A DNA stretch of 64,000 nucleotides, taken from positions 14,880,001-14,944,000 of the forward strand of contig CM059448.1 of NCBI GenBank assembly GCA_030390025.1, given 5' to 3'. The translations under genes and the position numbers were made by a program. Of the stretch, positions 38,205-50,799 are shown piece by piece (the first letter of the stretch is position 1; each line of letters begins with the position of its first letter). The notes under the pieces were generated by a model that saw only the letters and a program-made list of their open reading frames with translations, was not told where the DNA came from and searched no databases. Origin of the DNA: Squalus acanthias (taxonomy: Eukaryota).

Positions 38205-38642
38205 AAGTCGCATTGATATAGTGCCTTTCACAACCTCAGGATGTCCCAAAGTGCTTCACAGCCAATTAAGTACTTTTGAAGTGTAGTCACTGTTACAATG
38301 TATGGATTCTGCGCACAGCAAGGCCCCACAAACAGCAGTGAGAAAAGTGACCAATTAAACTATTTTAGTGGTATTGTTTGAGGAATAAGTATCGGCCAGG
38401 ACACGGGGAGAACTCCCATGCTCTTCTTCAAATTCTGCCATGGGTGCTTTGCGTCCACCCAAGAGGGACCTTTGGTTTAACATCTCATTCGAAAAGAAAG
38501 CACCTCAACAGTGCAGTGCTCACTCAGTACTGCAGTGGAGTGTCAGCTGAAATGATGTGCTCAAATTCTGAAGTGGGGCTTGAACCCATAACCTTCTGAT
38601 TCAGAGGCAAGAGTACTACCTACCACTGAGCCAAGGCTGACA
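38205..38642 (-). mobile_element. tRNA-derived SINE with L2-type tail (Deu/SacSINE-like)
   Basis: tRNA-like head at the right end (cttgaaccc..ccactgagcc) and L2-like tail at the left. Confidence 0.65.
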
Positions 38643-39573
38643 CCTAAAGTTTTCCTCCTCCCCACAACATGGGGATGTACTTAACCCCTGCTCAATACCG
38701 AGGGGCCCTGAAATGCCTAGAAAATGGTACATGATGGTAGAAAATTAAATAAATTGACAGTTGTGACATGAAATGTAGGTTACGATATTAGAACTAAATT
38801 ATAGGCAGCACAAACATACGAGAACAGTTGATTCAATCTCTCAAGTGAAATGGGTGAATGTATTATAGACCCAAGTCAACACCTAACAAAACTCTTGGTG
38901 GCTAGGCAGTCAATATTTCATGACTTGTCATTAGTTTCCAGGACCTTCCCTATTGCAACCACACAAATACTTGTAATCCCTAATCCTAGGAAGAGGAAGT
39001 TTTTAAAAAACATTCGCAAACAGTGAGCAATATGCTTACAGTAGCACATAAGTAACTCACACCTCACTGCTGTAGTTCACCCGAAAAGGAGGACACATCT
39101 TTAGGAAACAGAAATTGTTTAATTTGGGTGCAAGTTTTGGGAAATAGACTTCAAATTTAAAAAAACTTCAGTTTAGGCTTACATCATTTCTTTATTAAAT
39201 TCTAGCAACAACCCAGTGCATTTATTTTTCTTAGCTTGGCTAAACTTGAGGGGCCAAACATCAACTAGGACACATTTATAAATATATATTCTATGAAAAG
39301 TAGAACACTGTACTTACAATCTATACTGTATTAAACAACAGTATTCCCTTATAAAAAGGCATATGCCAGGGTAGCTAGTCATGCGTTAGTGCCCGGTGAA
39401 TGTTTGACATTCCAAATAGATATCATTCTGTATTTAAGGAGACTACATGAAAAGGACAGGGATTAAAATAAAAGGAGGCAAACAACCAAACGTAGCACTG
39501 TGACCACGATTACCATTAACGTACAATTTTCCACAATATATTGCAGATTCCCTATAAAAATTATGGTTATAAT

Positions 39574-39691
39574 CAATGTTCCCCTTAAGGTGTGCGGCCA
39601 TGCACCAATTGTGAGGTCCCGCGCAGGCCGTTCACAAGCTCCTGCCGCTGGAAGAGAGAGATCACGCAGCAAAATTTTAGAGGGAATATTG
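39574..39691. mobile_element. hAT-type MITE (118 bp)
   Basis: Inverted ends caatgttccc/gggaatattg; 8-bp duplication gttataat/gttttaat. Confidence 0.75.
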
Positions 39692-39749
39692 GTTTTAATG
39701 ATAGAAGCACAGATAATATACAAATTTGTACAATCAAAGGAAAAACCAC

Positions 39750-39970
39750 AATTGCAGGAAATCTGAAATAACAAAAGATGTTAGAAATGAACAACAGATC
39801 AGTCTACATCTGTAAAGAGTAAATGCAGGTTATGACAATTCGGGTATGTACCTTTCATCAGAACAGACGACTTCTGATGAAAGATACACATTCAAAATGT
39901 CATAACTTGCCTTCCCTCTTTATAGATGCTGTCTGACCACCTGTGCATTTCCAACATTTCCTGGTTTTAT
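39750..39970. mobile_element. Old fold-back Penelope-like element with decayed hammerheads
   Basis: Inverted arms pivoting near 39865 (ctttcatcagaa / ttctgatgaaag); resembles family A. Confidence 0.6.
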
Positions 39971-40873
39971 ACTGGAATATGTTTGTAATGCTATCAGCTT
40001 TTTGAGGGGGTTTCATTTTAGTTGACCACATCAGTTGTACAGCTAACAATTAGTGCTACAGAACTGATGTCAACACAATCTGTAAATACGCAAAATTTGG
40101 TGCAGTAAAACTAAATGCCAGAGATGATTTGTCTTCTGAACGGGATTTTTTAGTAAAACAATTTAGTTTTGTTATGCACCTAACTTATGTGGAAGTGTAG
40201 CTTTAACTGTGAAGGAAGGTTTGCAGCCCCAAATCATAGTACACGAGAAAATACACAACAGAGTTAAAGAAAAATCTGCACTGATCACAATTTTTTTTTT
40301 TAAAGTCTAAAGTATTAAATATATTTTTGCTATGTTAACTTTTTCTTATTTATGGAGACCCAAAATTTAATAACTTCACAATGGTGTAAATGCCCAGGAA
40401 AGGCAGATACTAAATATTAAAAAAATATATATCAAACACGTACATACCATGATCAGCTTTCATGACGACACTTTATGCTTTTGGGGTGAGAGGCAGTATA
40501 CAATGAAAGAGTTAAGTATTCTTTGTACTCTTTATTTGTGTTTACATTTGCACGGTCTATCATGTAGACATGACCAGGTCCACAGGCTGCTGTCAGTCTG
40601 CAGCAGGTTGTCTTAAATGCCCAAATAGCTAACTGGTACTAAGTACAGTTGGTAACAAGTTCTCACCTATAGGTGTACAGATTCAAATGTCATGAGTTGC
40701 ATGCAATATTACTGTGTAACCATGCCACTCAAATAAAATGAATGGATTTCCAATTTACTTTACATGTGAGCAGTAGTACCATGCAATTTAGTCTTTCTGA
40801 ATCTGGACTGCAGTGTTTTCAGTCATCCAGCATGGAGCTGTTGCAAGTAGTGTAAAACCTGCACTCAGACTTT

Positions 40874-41577
40874 GGCCTGTATTTTCCGACGCCTACGGGT
40901 GTGCACGAGCTGTGTACACACCCGTACGGACATCGAAAATGCCGGTTTTAGGCATGTGAAGCACATGGGCTGAAAACCGGCATTTCCGATCTGTCAAGGA
41001 TCCTCTTGACAGATCGGACGCCTGCCCTGGAGAAGGGCCTCTGCGGGTGGAGTGTTCCGCTTTCTGCAGAACCTCTGCCCGCTGAAATCACTTAAAAATC
41101 TTACAGCTGGTAAAAGCCTGCTTTTACCAGCATAAGAGTTTAAAAAAGTAAAAACATTTTTTCCACTCATTTATAATTTCAAAATAATTTTTTTTTAAGT
41201 TTATTTTTAGCCCCGTAAAAAACTAATTTATTTTTCAAAAATTAAATTTGTTTAAAATAATTAATGTAATTTTAACTAATTTTAAAAATGTGATTTAAAA
41301 AAATGTATTTAATGTTTTGATGTCTTTTTGGGATGATCTAAGCTGTCAAAAGTATGAAGGGAGATTCCCTTCTCCCATTGGCTCCCATGGCCCACAGGAT
41401 CCCAGGGACGCTTGCGAACCGCATGCGCCCCTGCGATACGTGGGCCCTGCGCATTTCGTCGTGGACAGGCCCAGGAGCAGAAATGGCCGGACCTCTGGAG
41501 CACTCAGGTAAGGGCGTAGATTTTTCCAGATCGGAGGCCTCCGCACGCAGGAAGCGTCCGATTGAAAAATACGGGCC
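40874..41577. mobile_element. Harbinger-like MITE, same family as 50170-50799
   Basis: Inverted ends ggcctgtattttccga / ttgaaaaatacgggcc; colinear with the 50.2 kb copy. Confidence 0.8.
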
Positions 41578-42320
41578 AATGAGTAGAAACTAAACACAAA
41601 GCAAATCCCATCTAGTGGAGTGACTGAATTTGTTTAAACGATGAAATTCAAACATTCAAATACTTAATGTCATCTGTAAACAGGAATAAAAGACCAAACT
41701 AGATTTAAATAATGTCTCATTTCTTTTACAGTAACTGTACATTAAGCACTACACATTAGTGTCTGGTCCAACTCAACAGTAAAGTCAACCCTGTAGTGAA
41801 TATATAACTGCACACAACAGATTTTTTAAATACAGCAGTCATTGATTTGGTTTGATATATCCAAGGTCCACTATAATTCTGAATGTAAATTCATTAAAAG
41901 GGAACTGACTGACTGTTGTTTTAGAAGTTCTTGGAAAAGTAAAAATTGCAATCAAGTAAACTTCAAGGTTTTAGAAAATGAGAAACTACTGTAACTCTTT
42001 GAATCTCTAAACCTCAGTATTTTAAAAAAATCTTATGCAATAGCACTAGGCACTACAGTACCTTTTCCAGATAAGACTTGGAGGTTTTAAAAACAGGCTC
42101 CAAAAAAAATTTCTTACAGCGAAATAATGTGTAAAGTTGCTGATCCTAGAACTCTAAGTTCATTAACTTTCATGAATGCTATTTTTGAAAATTAAGATGG
42201 CTCAAATGAGATTGTGTCAACATAAATACAAATCCAGACCACAAAATCTACTGTGTTGGTGCACAGGACATGGCAACACAACATTTCATGCCACCACTAT
42301 GATGTCCTGTTTGATAAATC

Positions 42321-42443
42321 CTGACGAAGGAGCAGCGCTCCGAAAGCTTGTGATTTCAAATAAAGCTGTTGGACTATAACCTGGTGTTGTGTGACTTCTC
42401 ACATTTGTCCACCCCAGTCCAACACCGGCATCGCCACATCATG
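42321..42443 (+). mobile_element. Short Penelope-like element end (family B) starting at the hammerhead core
   Basis: CUGACGA-a-GGAGC/GCUCC-GAAA-GCUU-guga; target duplication gataaatc (42313-42320 / 42444-42451). Confidence 0.75.
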
Positions 42444-43665
42444 GATAAATCAAGCGGCAGAGTTTAAATGTGGCCGCTGATGCTGACCAGCAACATGGTA
42501 CAATGGCTATATCTAGGAGGGGTGAGCGTTGGTACTGCAGGACTCTGGCACGAAGATTTACACAAGAACCTTTATTTTCCTGCTAGGGCTCTGGGAGAGT
42601 ACCATTCATGTAGAGACCTGCGATCTACAAGTGCCAATCTGTACACTTTGCCTGTGAACCTCTGGTTCCCCAATGCAGAGCGAATGTCAAGAGATTCTAG
42701 TTTTTCCATGTCTCTGACCTCTACTCTTGGGAACCATGAGAAGTTGGGGGTCTGAGTGCTGGAGGCAAGCAATTTGTCAGCTTTATGTTTTAGTGTGCCA
42801 ATGGCAGGAGTACCAAGCTTCTGCCAATGATCGTACATTATCTTATAAAAGTGCTTCACGTTTCTCTTTAGAATTTAATTTGCACTAGAATCATTTCAGA
42901 AAAAGATAGTATAAATATAACCGTATAAAACTATTGCGAATAGAATGAAGGCTGATTTCCACTTATAGTGAACAATTTCTGCTATATATAGGTCAGAAAC
43001 TTTAACAGATTATTTCAAATATCAGTATGAATCTGGCAACTGAAAGTAGCAATTTTTGGGTGGATGATAATACCCTGCATTGTGACTATCTTACACTTGA
43101 CTACTGCAATAAATGGCTACACTATGGGAGCTATTTTTCTCTTATTTAAATTTTTTTTAATTTATCCTTCCCTTTCTAGGTTCCACTTCGCAAACTATGC
43201 GCCACTCCTCAACTGAGCATCATCAGGCAAGCTCATCATTGACCATTGCCAATGCCACTCTGGGTCAGCAGTAAGCAGTACACAAAAGATTTCAGATATG
43301 GTACCTTTCCAATTCTCCAATTCCCAATGTAGAGAGTGCCAAGCCCCTGCTTCACACCTCGCCATATAATGAATCCCCAATTTTAGTAAGGGGGGAGGGG
43401 CAATGGGTAGGGTTGAGTGAGTGAATCAACCCAGTGTTCTTGCATAGCGCTCGATTCAAGGTCAGAGTTGGCTAACGGCCTGCAAACAAGTCAGCTGCTC
43501 ACCCCCTCACTTGGTTGAATGTAAATGAGAATATGAAACAACAAATACATTTCTGTGGGAAAATTTCCCATTGGTTTTGCCAAAGGCACAGTTCTGAGCA
43601 TAAAATCTGCATCAATCCACTGAAAAGAAAAAGCAGAGGAATTTGCATATACACGGATAACTCAC

Positions 43666-43730
43666 CAATCGGATGTTGTCTTCAGGTCTAAGAAGAGTGA
43701 ACATTGCTTGTAGGTGCTGTTGAAGGTCAC
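43666..43730 (-). CDS. SSH2: SSH2 exon 4 equivalent: GDLQQHLQAMFTLLRPEDNIRL
   Basis: 65 nt, AG/GT ends, phase 1 to 0 consistent with neighbours; SSH-N domain. Confidence 0.95.
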
Positions 43731-44800
43731 CTAAACAACAAAAAACAGTAAGGAGCTGGACTTAGAAAAGTGAAAGGAATTAGTGCCAAGTATTTGTGAT
43801 AGCTCACTGAATTTCAGTTACCGTCATTGCAAGTATATACATGGTCGCATGTGACTCTTCTACATGTGCATAGCTGTGCAGATTTTCCCATTTGGAGATG
43901 GATAACATTTCAATCCTAAAACGTTACATGCGCACACACAGATCTCCCATGGCGCTGTACTCATGGAGTCAAAACGAAGTGTAGTTTTTAGATGAAGTGA
44001 GGGGATAATTCGACCAAGCACACAGACAGAATTCAGTCGTCATTTTAAAATCATACATTTTGTCCTTTTTTTCTCCAAAGTTTTGTTTTTCCTATGTTCA
44101 CATTTATCATGGAAACTGTCATTTATACCCTTCCCTATGGCTCCAGTATAAATCACAAATAAAGACTCATTTACAAAGATTCTATCAATACCAAGGAAAG
44201 TCTTAAATCAGTGACCATCATGCACAGCCATTGAGAGGTCACTTGATACAGTCAGAATTTGTTCCCCACAGCTGCAAGAGATGCCACGGGCTGTCTATCG
44301 GAGACCTGAATCTAAACGGTGATGAATTTTTGAAGAAATCCAGCAAGGGGCTTTTAGAACAAGATGTTTATCGAGTTATATTACATAATGCAAGGCTATT
44401 GTAAGAGTTGCAATGATCGTTTATGACAATTAGTTGTTGTCTTATTATTCTGACTGCAATGCTCACTCAGAAGAGCAGAAAGATGGATACTTCTGTTTTC
44501 AGGTGTCGTATACACCACCAGACAACACAAATTTATAAAATTTCACTTTTACACATTGAATAATGAAGAAGCCAAATTCAAGATGGATTGGTGAGTTGCA
44601 AATGCAGAAACTGTCCTCATATGCCATTGACTGTGCAGAAATTAGAAGAAAACTTGAATGTAGAATTAAACCAGAAGTAGGTAATTACAAAATGGAAAAC
44701 TAGGGTGTTGAAGGCTATGCAGTATTCTAATACCACATCTCCCTCATATAGAACAATTTATTCCTCAACACTTTTGTGTAAGTGTTTGTCAGATTACAAT

Positions 44801-45540
44801 GGCCCAGAATTTGAGGTGGGTAGTAACAGCGAACAAATAGTGTTTGCTGTTATTACCCCGTTGAAATTGGCCGCAATTTCAGGATTTAGCACATGCGCAC
44901 CCTAACGCAGAAATCCTGAAGTTGCAGTCAGTCATTCACTGCTCCGACACTGGCTGTGCTGTGGACCCCCCAACCTCCCCCAAACCACATAGCCAGCAAT
45001 CAGTGTAATGGACGATAACTTGGGCTTTACCACAGTAATATCGCTGTTAAATACCCCATTAAAACCTAGACCTTGTTGGATTAGGTGTAACTGGGGTTTG
45101 AACAGCATATTGACTGCTAAACAAACGGTATGGCCCTGAAAAACTAATTTTAATGATGTGGAGTGTCAAATTTAATTAATGAAAATTACAATTCAAGAAA
45201 CTTAAAAAAAGTTTAAGTTTGTTCATATTTATGTCAGGTTTACCTTCCACCCCCCACCCCCATGCAAGAGCCCCAATCTTAATTTTGCTCTCTAACATTT
45301 TTTTTAAAAGTCAGAAAAAAAAGGAGTTTCTTCACTTTCTGCTTCCGTCTGAGAATTCTGCAGTGATTGGCTGCTTAGACAGCCTGTTGACATCACATCA
45401 GCTCGTGCTATGGAATTCCCACTAAACTGCACTGATCTCAACTGCATGTCGAAAAAGCCGAACTTCTCACCAGAGATCGTGAGATCTTTGTGGGCAGTGG
45501 CGAACCCTTGTGCTTCGCCGCTGACCGCAAATTGTGGGCC
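44801..45540. mobile_element. Harbinger-like MITE
   Basis: Inverted ends ggcccagaatttgaggt / accgcaaattgtgggcc; 3-bp duplication AAT. Confidence 0.8.
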
Positions 45541-46762
45541 AATATAAATGCATTCTTTTACAAGACTGTGTAGTAAGCACTTAAGTGAATAATGGCAACA
45601 CATGCCAAGTAATAAGGGAATGAAAGATGGGTAAATAAAGATAGGAAATGATTAATTTCCTCTCAATATCACCTTCAGGAAGTAGATGGGAGTTAAACAA
45701 GTCTGGCAATCTCATACGCTGGTGAGCCTTGAAATACACTAAAGTAACAGGACAGCAAACTGGTAGTTGCAGCTCTTCAAAGCCCTTAGGACACCTACTG
45801 TTTCAATTGCAAGCTGAAGTATAGCCTACAGAGGGGCTGGGCACAACGACTATTTAATCAGATTCGCTGGATGCCCAGATCTATGCTTCTACTGTGGGTT
45901 TGGTTATATTGTTCCTTTAACATTGATGAAGGGTTATGCATCAATGTAAAAATGGCAGCATAACTCAGGAAACTACCAAGTGCACTAATGCTGGGAGGTA
46001 CGAGACCTCTTTTGCAGGCCATCTCACACTAGTTTAAATCTGCACGGAGTACAGTACAATTCCAGTCTTATGGTCTGCTATCATTACTTGCAACAGCTTG
46101 CCTCATGCCAGATATTAAGGAGGAATTATTCATGACAACACTGGGCTAGATTTTACTTTGGAGTGGGTGGGAAGGAAGGAAATTGCAGAAACAAATCCTT
46201 AAACAATTTTGATTTAAAATCATGTGTGCAAGCAGGATACATGATGTTATATGCAATTTCCTCTACCATCTTTTCTGTCAAACATGTAAATTAATTTACC
46301 ACTTCAGGAGTTTGTGGCTGAGAGAGATTTTTGTAAAGAAGGAATCCTACATCAGGTATTCAGTGGATGAACTGCAAATTACCACAGTGATGTTAGTTGG
46401 TAAGTCTGAGTCATGTGATTTTTTTCCAGTTAGCCATTCATTTGTGTAATCTGCTATGCATTACACAATGTTGTCATTTCACATCAGTACTAATGAAACT
46501 AAATGCGTGATTTAATATGTAAATGTTTCATTTGTTGCAGGTGAACTAGCGCTTACATTTGTGCTAAAAGAAACCTAAATTTATCACAATCTTTGCTCCC
46601 ACATTTTTGAAGTTGCTTCATTAAAGCATTCAAGTGAATGGAAATAATCCTCGACACCCCATTCTATACTCAACAGTGCAATATATTAGGACTTTACTTC
46701 GAAACAAATAGCTGTTAAACTAGTAAAAATATTCTGTTAGTCATTAATGGCACATTTTGTTT

Positions 46763-46969
46763 TTGATGCGGAGATGCCGGTGTTGGACTGGGGTGGACAA
46801 AATTGAGAGGTCGCACAACACCAGGTTATAGTCCAACAGTTTTATTTGAAATCACAAGCTTTCGGAGCTATCGATCGCCCCTTCCTCAGGTGAAGTAGTA
46901 AAGAAATACTTTACTACTTCACCTGAGGAAGGGGCGATCGATAGCTCCGAAAGCTTGTGATTTCAAATA
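46763..46969. mobile_element. Penelope-like family B fold-back insertion
   Basis: Reverse copy of the 42321 sequence plus a perfect 62-bp hairpin; duplication acattttgttt (46752-46762 / 46970-46980). Confidence 0.8.
46919..46960 (+). ncRNA. Minimal hammerhead motif (mirror copy on the minus strand at 46852-46893)
   Basis: ucac-CUGAGGA-a-GGGGC/GCUCC-GAAA-GCUU-guga. Confidence 0.7.
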
Positions 46970-47261
46970 ACATTTTGTTTCGCCATCTGCAGCCCTGAAA
47001 TGGTCAGAAAACCAAAGTAAATATTGCACCACTAGAACTTGGGTGCACCAGAGAGGTGGTTTGTCCCACACCAAAGACAACATAAATTGACAGTGACTTA
47101 ATGTAGATGAACATTTTTTGGCCTCCCGGTGGATTGAGTGATTACAGCACTCATGCTCAGTTTGTGCAAGCCTACCATATACAGGCCAGCAACCTTTTGC
47201 TCATAGTGGCCTGTATGGAATGTGGAGAGGATGGGGAGGGGTAGCAGGTGGGGAGTGTGGA

Positions 47262-47716
47262 GAGGATGGGCTGTCCTATGAGGAGTGATTGAGTAGAATG
47301 GGCCTATATTCTCTGGAGTTTAGAAGAATGAGGTGATCTCATTGAAACATTTAAAATTCTTAGAGGGCTTGACAGGGTAGATGTTGAGAGGCTGTTTCTC
47401 CTGGCTGGAGAGTCTAGAACTAGGGGGCACAGTCTCAGGAAAAGGGGTGAGCCATTTAGGACTGAGATGAGGAGAAATTTCTTCATTCAGAGGGATGTGA
47501 ATCTTTGGAATTCTCTACCCCAGAGGGCTGTGGATACTCAGTCATTGAATATATTCAAGACTGAGATCGATAGATTATTGGGCACGAAGGGAATCAAGCG
47601 ATATGGTGATAGGGCGGGAAAGTGGATTTGAGGTAGAAGATCAGCCATGACCTTATTGAATGGCGGAGCAGGCTTGAGGGGCGTATGACCTACTCCTCCT
47701 TCTTATGTGCCTATGT
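47262..47716 (+). mobile_element. CR1/HER1 LINE 3' end
   Basis: Matches the copies at 1-780 and 24985-25500. Confidence 0.92.
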
Positions 47717-48620
47717 AAGTTGCAAAGAATAATTTTGCAAAAAAACCTGCATGTTTTAATGCTGCTGTTGAAAATAGACTACAATATAGACGGCTGGGTT
47801 TCTACTGCAATTGGAGATGCAGTCGGTATTGCTACAAAACACAGTTCTGCAATGTAAACTACAGCATAAAATTGACCAGAACTTATCATGAAGTCATCAA
47901 AATCCTTTGAAAGAAATAGTCTTGACCAATGTGGATGTTGTCTAATCGGGAGGTGACCAAGCCAGATGAGAAATCTTGATAATTTTGCACCAGTCATTTC
48001 GCAGTATTTGTGCTGAAGTCAAAATTCCCACCCTGCCCCCATACTTAGAGCAGAAGTACAAGCTTACTTCCTTTTTTCAGCTTCGAGAATTACAGCTGTG
48101 CCAGCACTCAACCCAGACTTTCAGTAATGATAGTTCCCCATGATGAGAAAGTTAAATATATACACCCATGCTCATTAGTATTACCAATAATTAATTAGGC
48201 TCCACTCCTCATTAAATCCTTAACAGACATGGAAGCTTCAGCAACAACTACGCAGAGGATGCTGGGAAAGCTTCTGTGCAAGCACAGAACAATGTACAGA
48301 ATAGTGATTCACTGTACTAACAGTGTAACTGTATTCATTGATTAAAGTTGCTTTGAATATACAATATAAAATATGTGCATTGTTTATTTCAATTTAAAAA
48401 ACTTCGCGCTAGTGCCATGCGCCAAGAGAAAAATAATTGGTGTTGGTGTGAACGTACAAGAGACGGGGCAAAAGAAAAGTGAATCCATCGGGTGACTTCT
48501 GAAAATCTCTGCACCAGCTTTACTGTGTTATATTCATTGCCCTGGGTTTTAAAAAAAAAATCCAGCTTCACTACAATTCCACCCCAAAAGGTAACTGATT
48601 CCCATTTGTAGGGCACTTAC

Positions 48621-48724
48621 CTGCATGTTTATTGCGCCGGTGATGGAGTCGGGGTGCAGTTGAGCCATTTCCTCGAGGCAGGAATAGGGCAGCGCCCTTT
48701 ACAGTCAAGAAGCTCTCACTTATG
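48621..48724 (-). CDS. SSH2: SSH2 exon (human exon 3 equivalent): ISESFLTVKGAALFLPRGNGSTAPRLHHRRNKHA
   Basis: 104 nt, ttcacag acceptor and gtaagt donor; peptide matches the slingshot N-terminal region. Confidence 0.95.
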
Positions 48725-49119
48725 CTGTGAAAAAGAAAAAAGTTCATTGAAGTAAAAGAAACTAAAACAATAACATCAGAGCAAATTACTTAACAGTATT
48801 AAAATGAACTATGGATACAAGCAGTTCCAATGGATGACGGTAGCACTAGCTGGTTATAAGCACGTGGGGTATATACAAGGCAGAACTCCCCCCCCCACTA
48901 CTCCCAACTGTATTACTCAGTGGACTGTGTATGGCTCCCCTATTAACAGGGAAACCATATAAATTAAGGCCCCTCGTCAGAATGCATTAGGAAATGTAAA
49001 AAAAAGTAAAGAGAAAGAGCTTTAAAGAACTGCCTTGGCTCTTAAACACACATTGTGTTAAGAATATGCTCAACGAAGTTAACCCAAATGGTTTGATGCA
49101 ATAGCTTTCTCAAACTATT

Positions 49120-49462
49120 ACATAAAGATGCAGTAGATGCAATTTATCTAGATTTTCAAAAGGCCTTCGATAAGGTACCACATAATAGACTGATGATCAA
49201 ATTCAGAAGAAACTTCTTTACCCAGGGAGTGTTGCGAATGTGGAACTCGCTACCACGGAGTGGTTGAAGCGAATAGTATAGCTGCATTTAAGGGACGATT
49301 AGATAAGCATATGAGGGAGAAGGGAATAGAGGGTTATGCTAATAAAGTTAGATGAGGAAAGACGGGAGGAGGCTCGAGTGGAGCATAAACACCAGCATGT
49401 ACTGGTTGGGTCGAATGGCCTGTTTCTGTGCCGTATATCCTAGGTATGTAATCCTATGTATG
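49120..49462 (+). mobile_element. CR1 LINE fragment with internal deletion
   Basis: AVDAIYLDFQKAFDKVPH joined directly to RRNFFTQ..WNSLP and a 3' tail. Confidence 0.8.
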
Positions 49463-50169
49463 TAAAGATGCTTTGATCATATGGAAAAAAGGTCTCAACA
49501 AAAATGCAAGCATGACTTCAGATTCAATGTGTATGAGCTTCAAGTGGCATAATATCACTATTAAATTCTAAAAGAAACATTGAAGTTACAACAGAAGTGT
49601 ATTCCTTAGAATAACAGGGGAGAAAAATAGGAGAATTAAAAAGGAAAATGGTGAAAAAAGATTATAAACAACTTTAAATAAAATTGAAATTTGTTTCCAT
49701 GACCACCACAGTAAGAAAGCTTTTTGTAACATCTAAACAGCCTTATTACTGCAATTAGTGCAGGTTTCAGGCTCACTGAAGTAGAAACAATGATTTAGAG
49801 AGATTACAATTTCTCTGGGCATGTCAGCAATATATGGGACAATACAACCATTTATACAGCATCTTTAACATAGAAAAATGTCCCAAATAACTTCACAGAC
49901 ACACAATCAAGAAATGGAAGACGAACTAAAGGAGACGTTAGGAGGGGTGACCAGAAACTAATCGCAACAGATCAGTGAGGAAATGCAATTCACACAATGA
50001 ATTAACAGTAGATTAAAATAAATAATGTCTTAAGCTGTTGGCTTCATTACTTGCAAATTGATATTAATTCAGTTGAAAGTAGAGCAGCAGTGATGACCTT
50101 TGGTACACATGACAATGCACAATTGTATAAAGCTTGGCCTACTCATCTTCAAAGACGAACTGCAACATA

Positions 50170-50799
50170 GGCTCGTATTTTCCAATCCCTACGGGTGTGT
50201 ACGCTCCCGTAGGGACCGCGTAAGTGTCAGTTTCAGGCATGCAAAGCGCATGCGCTGAAAACCGGCATTTCCGATCTGTCAAGAATGCTCTTGACAGATC
50301 GGACACCTGCCCTAGAGAAGGGCCTCTGCAGGGGGAGCGTTCCGCTTTCTGCAGAACCTCCGCCTGCTTTTACCAGCATAAGAGTTTAAAAAAAGTATTC
50401 CCCCCCCCCCCCACTCATTTATAATTTAAAAATACTTTTAAAAAAGGTAAATTTTTACCCCCATAAAAAAATTCTCTTTAAAATTTAATTTAATGTAATT
50501 TTAAAAAGGTGATTTAAAAAAAATTATTTAATGTTTTGATGTGTTTTTTCAGTGATCCCCATTCATACTTCTGACAGGTCTAACTTGTCAAAAGTATGAA
50601 GGGGGATTCCCTTCTTTTATTGGTTCCCCATGGCCCACGTGATCCCAGGGACGCTTGCGAACCACATGCGCCCCTGGGATACGTGGGTCCTGCGCATTCC
50701 ATACAGCAGAGGCCCAGGAGCGGAACCTCAGAAGGGCGTAATTTTTTCCAGATCGGAGGCATCCGCACGCAGGAAGCTTCCGATCGGAAAATACGGGCC
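50170..50799. mobile_element. Harbinger-like MITE
   Basis: Inverted ends ggctcgtattttccaatc / gatcggaaaatacgggcc; homologous to 40874-41577. Confidence 0.8.

Noticed and set aside
42468-42859. Overlapping 95-aa ORFs on both strands
   Set aside because: No recognisable domain or supporting splice structure; cannot be assigned without a search
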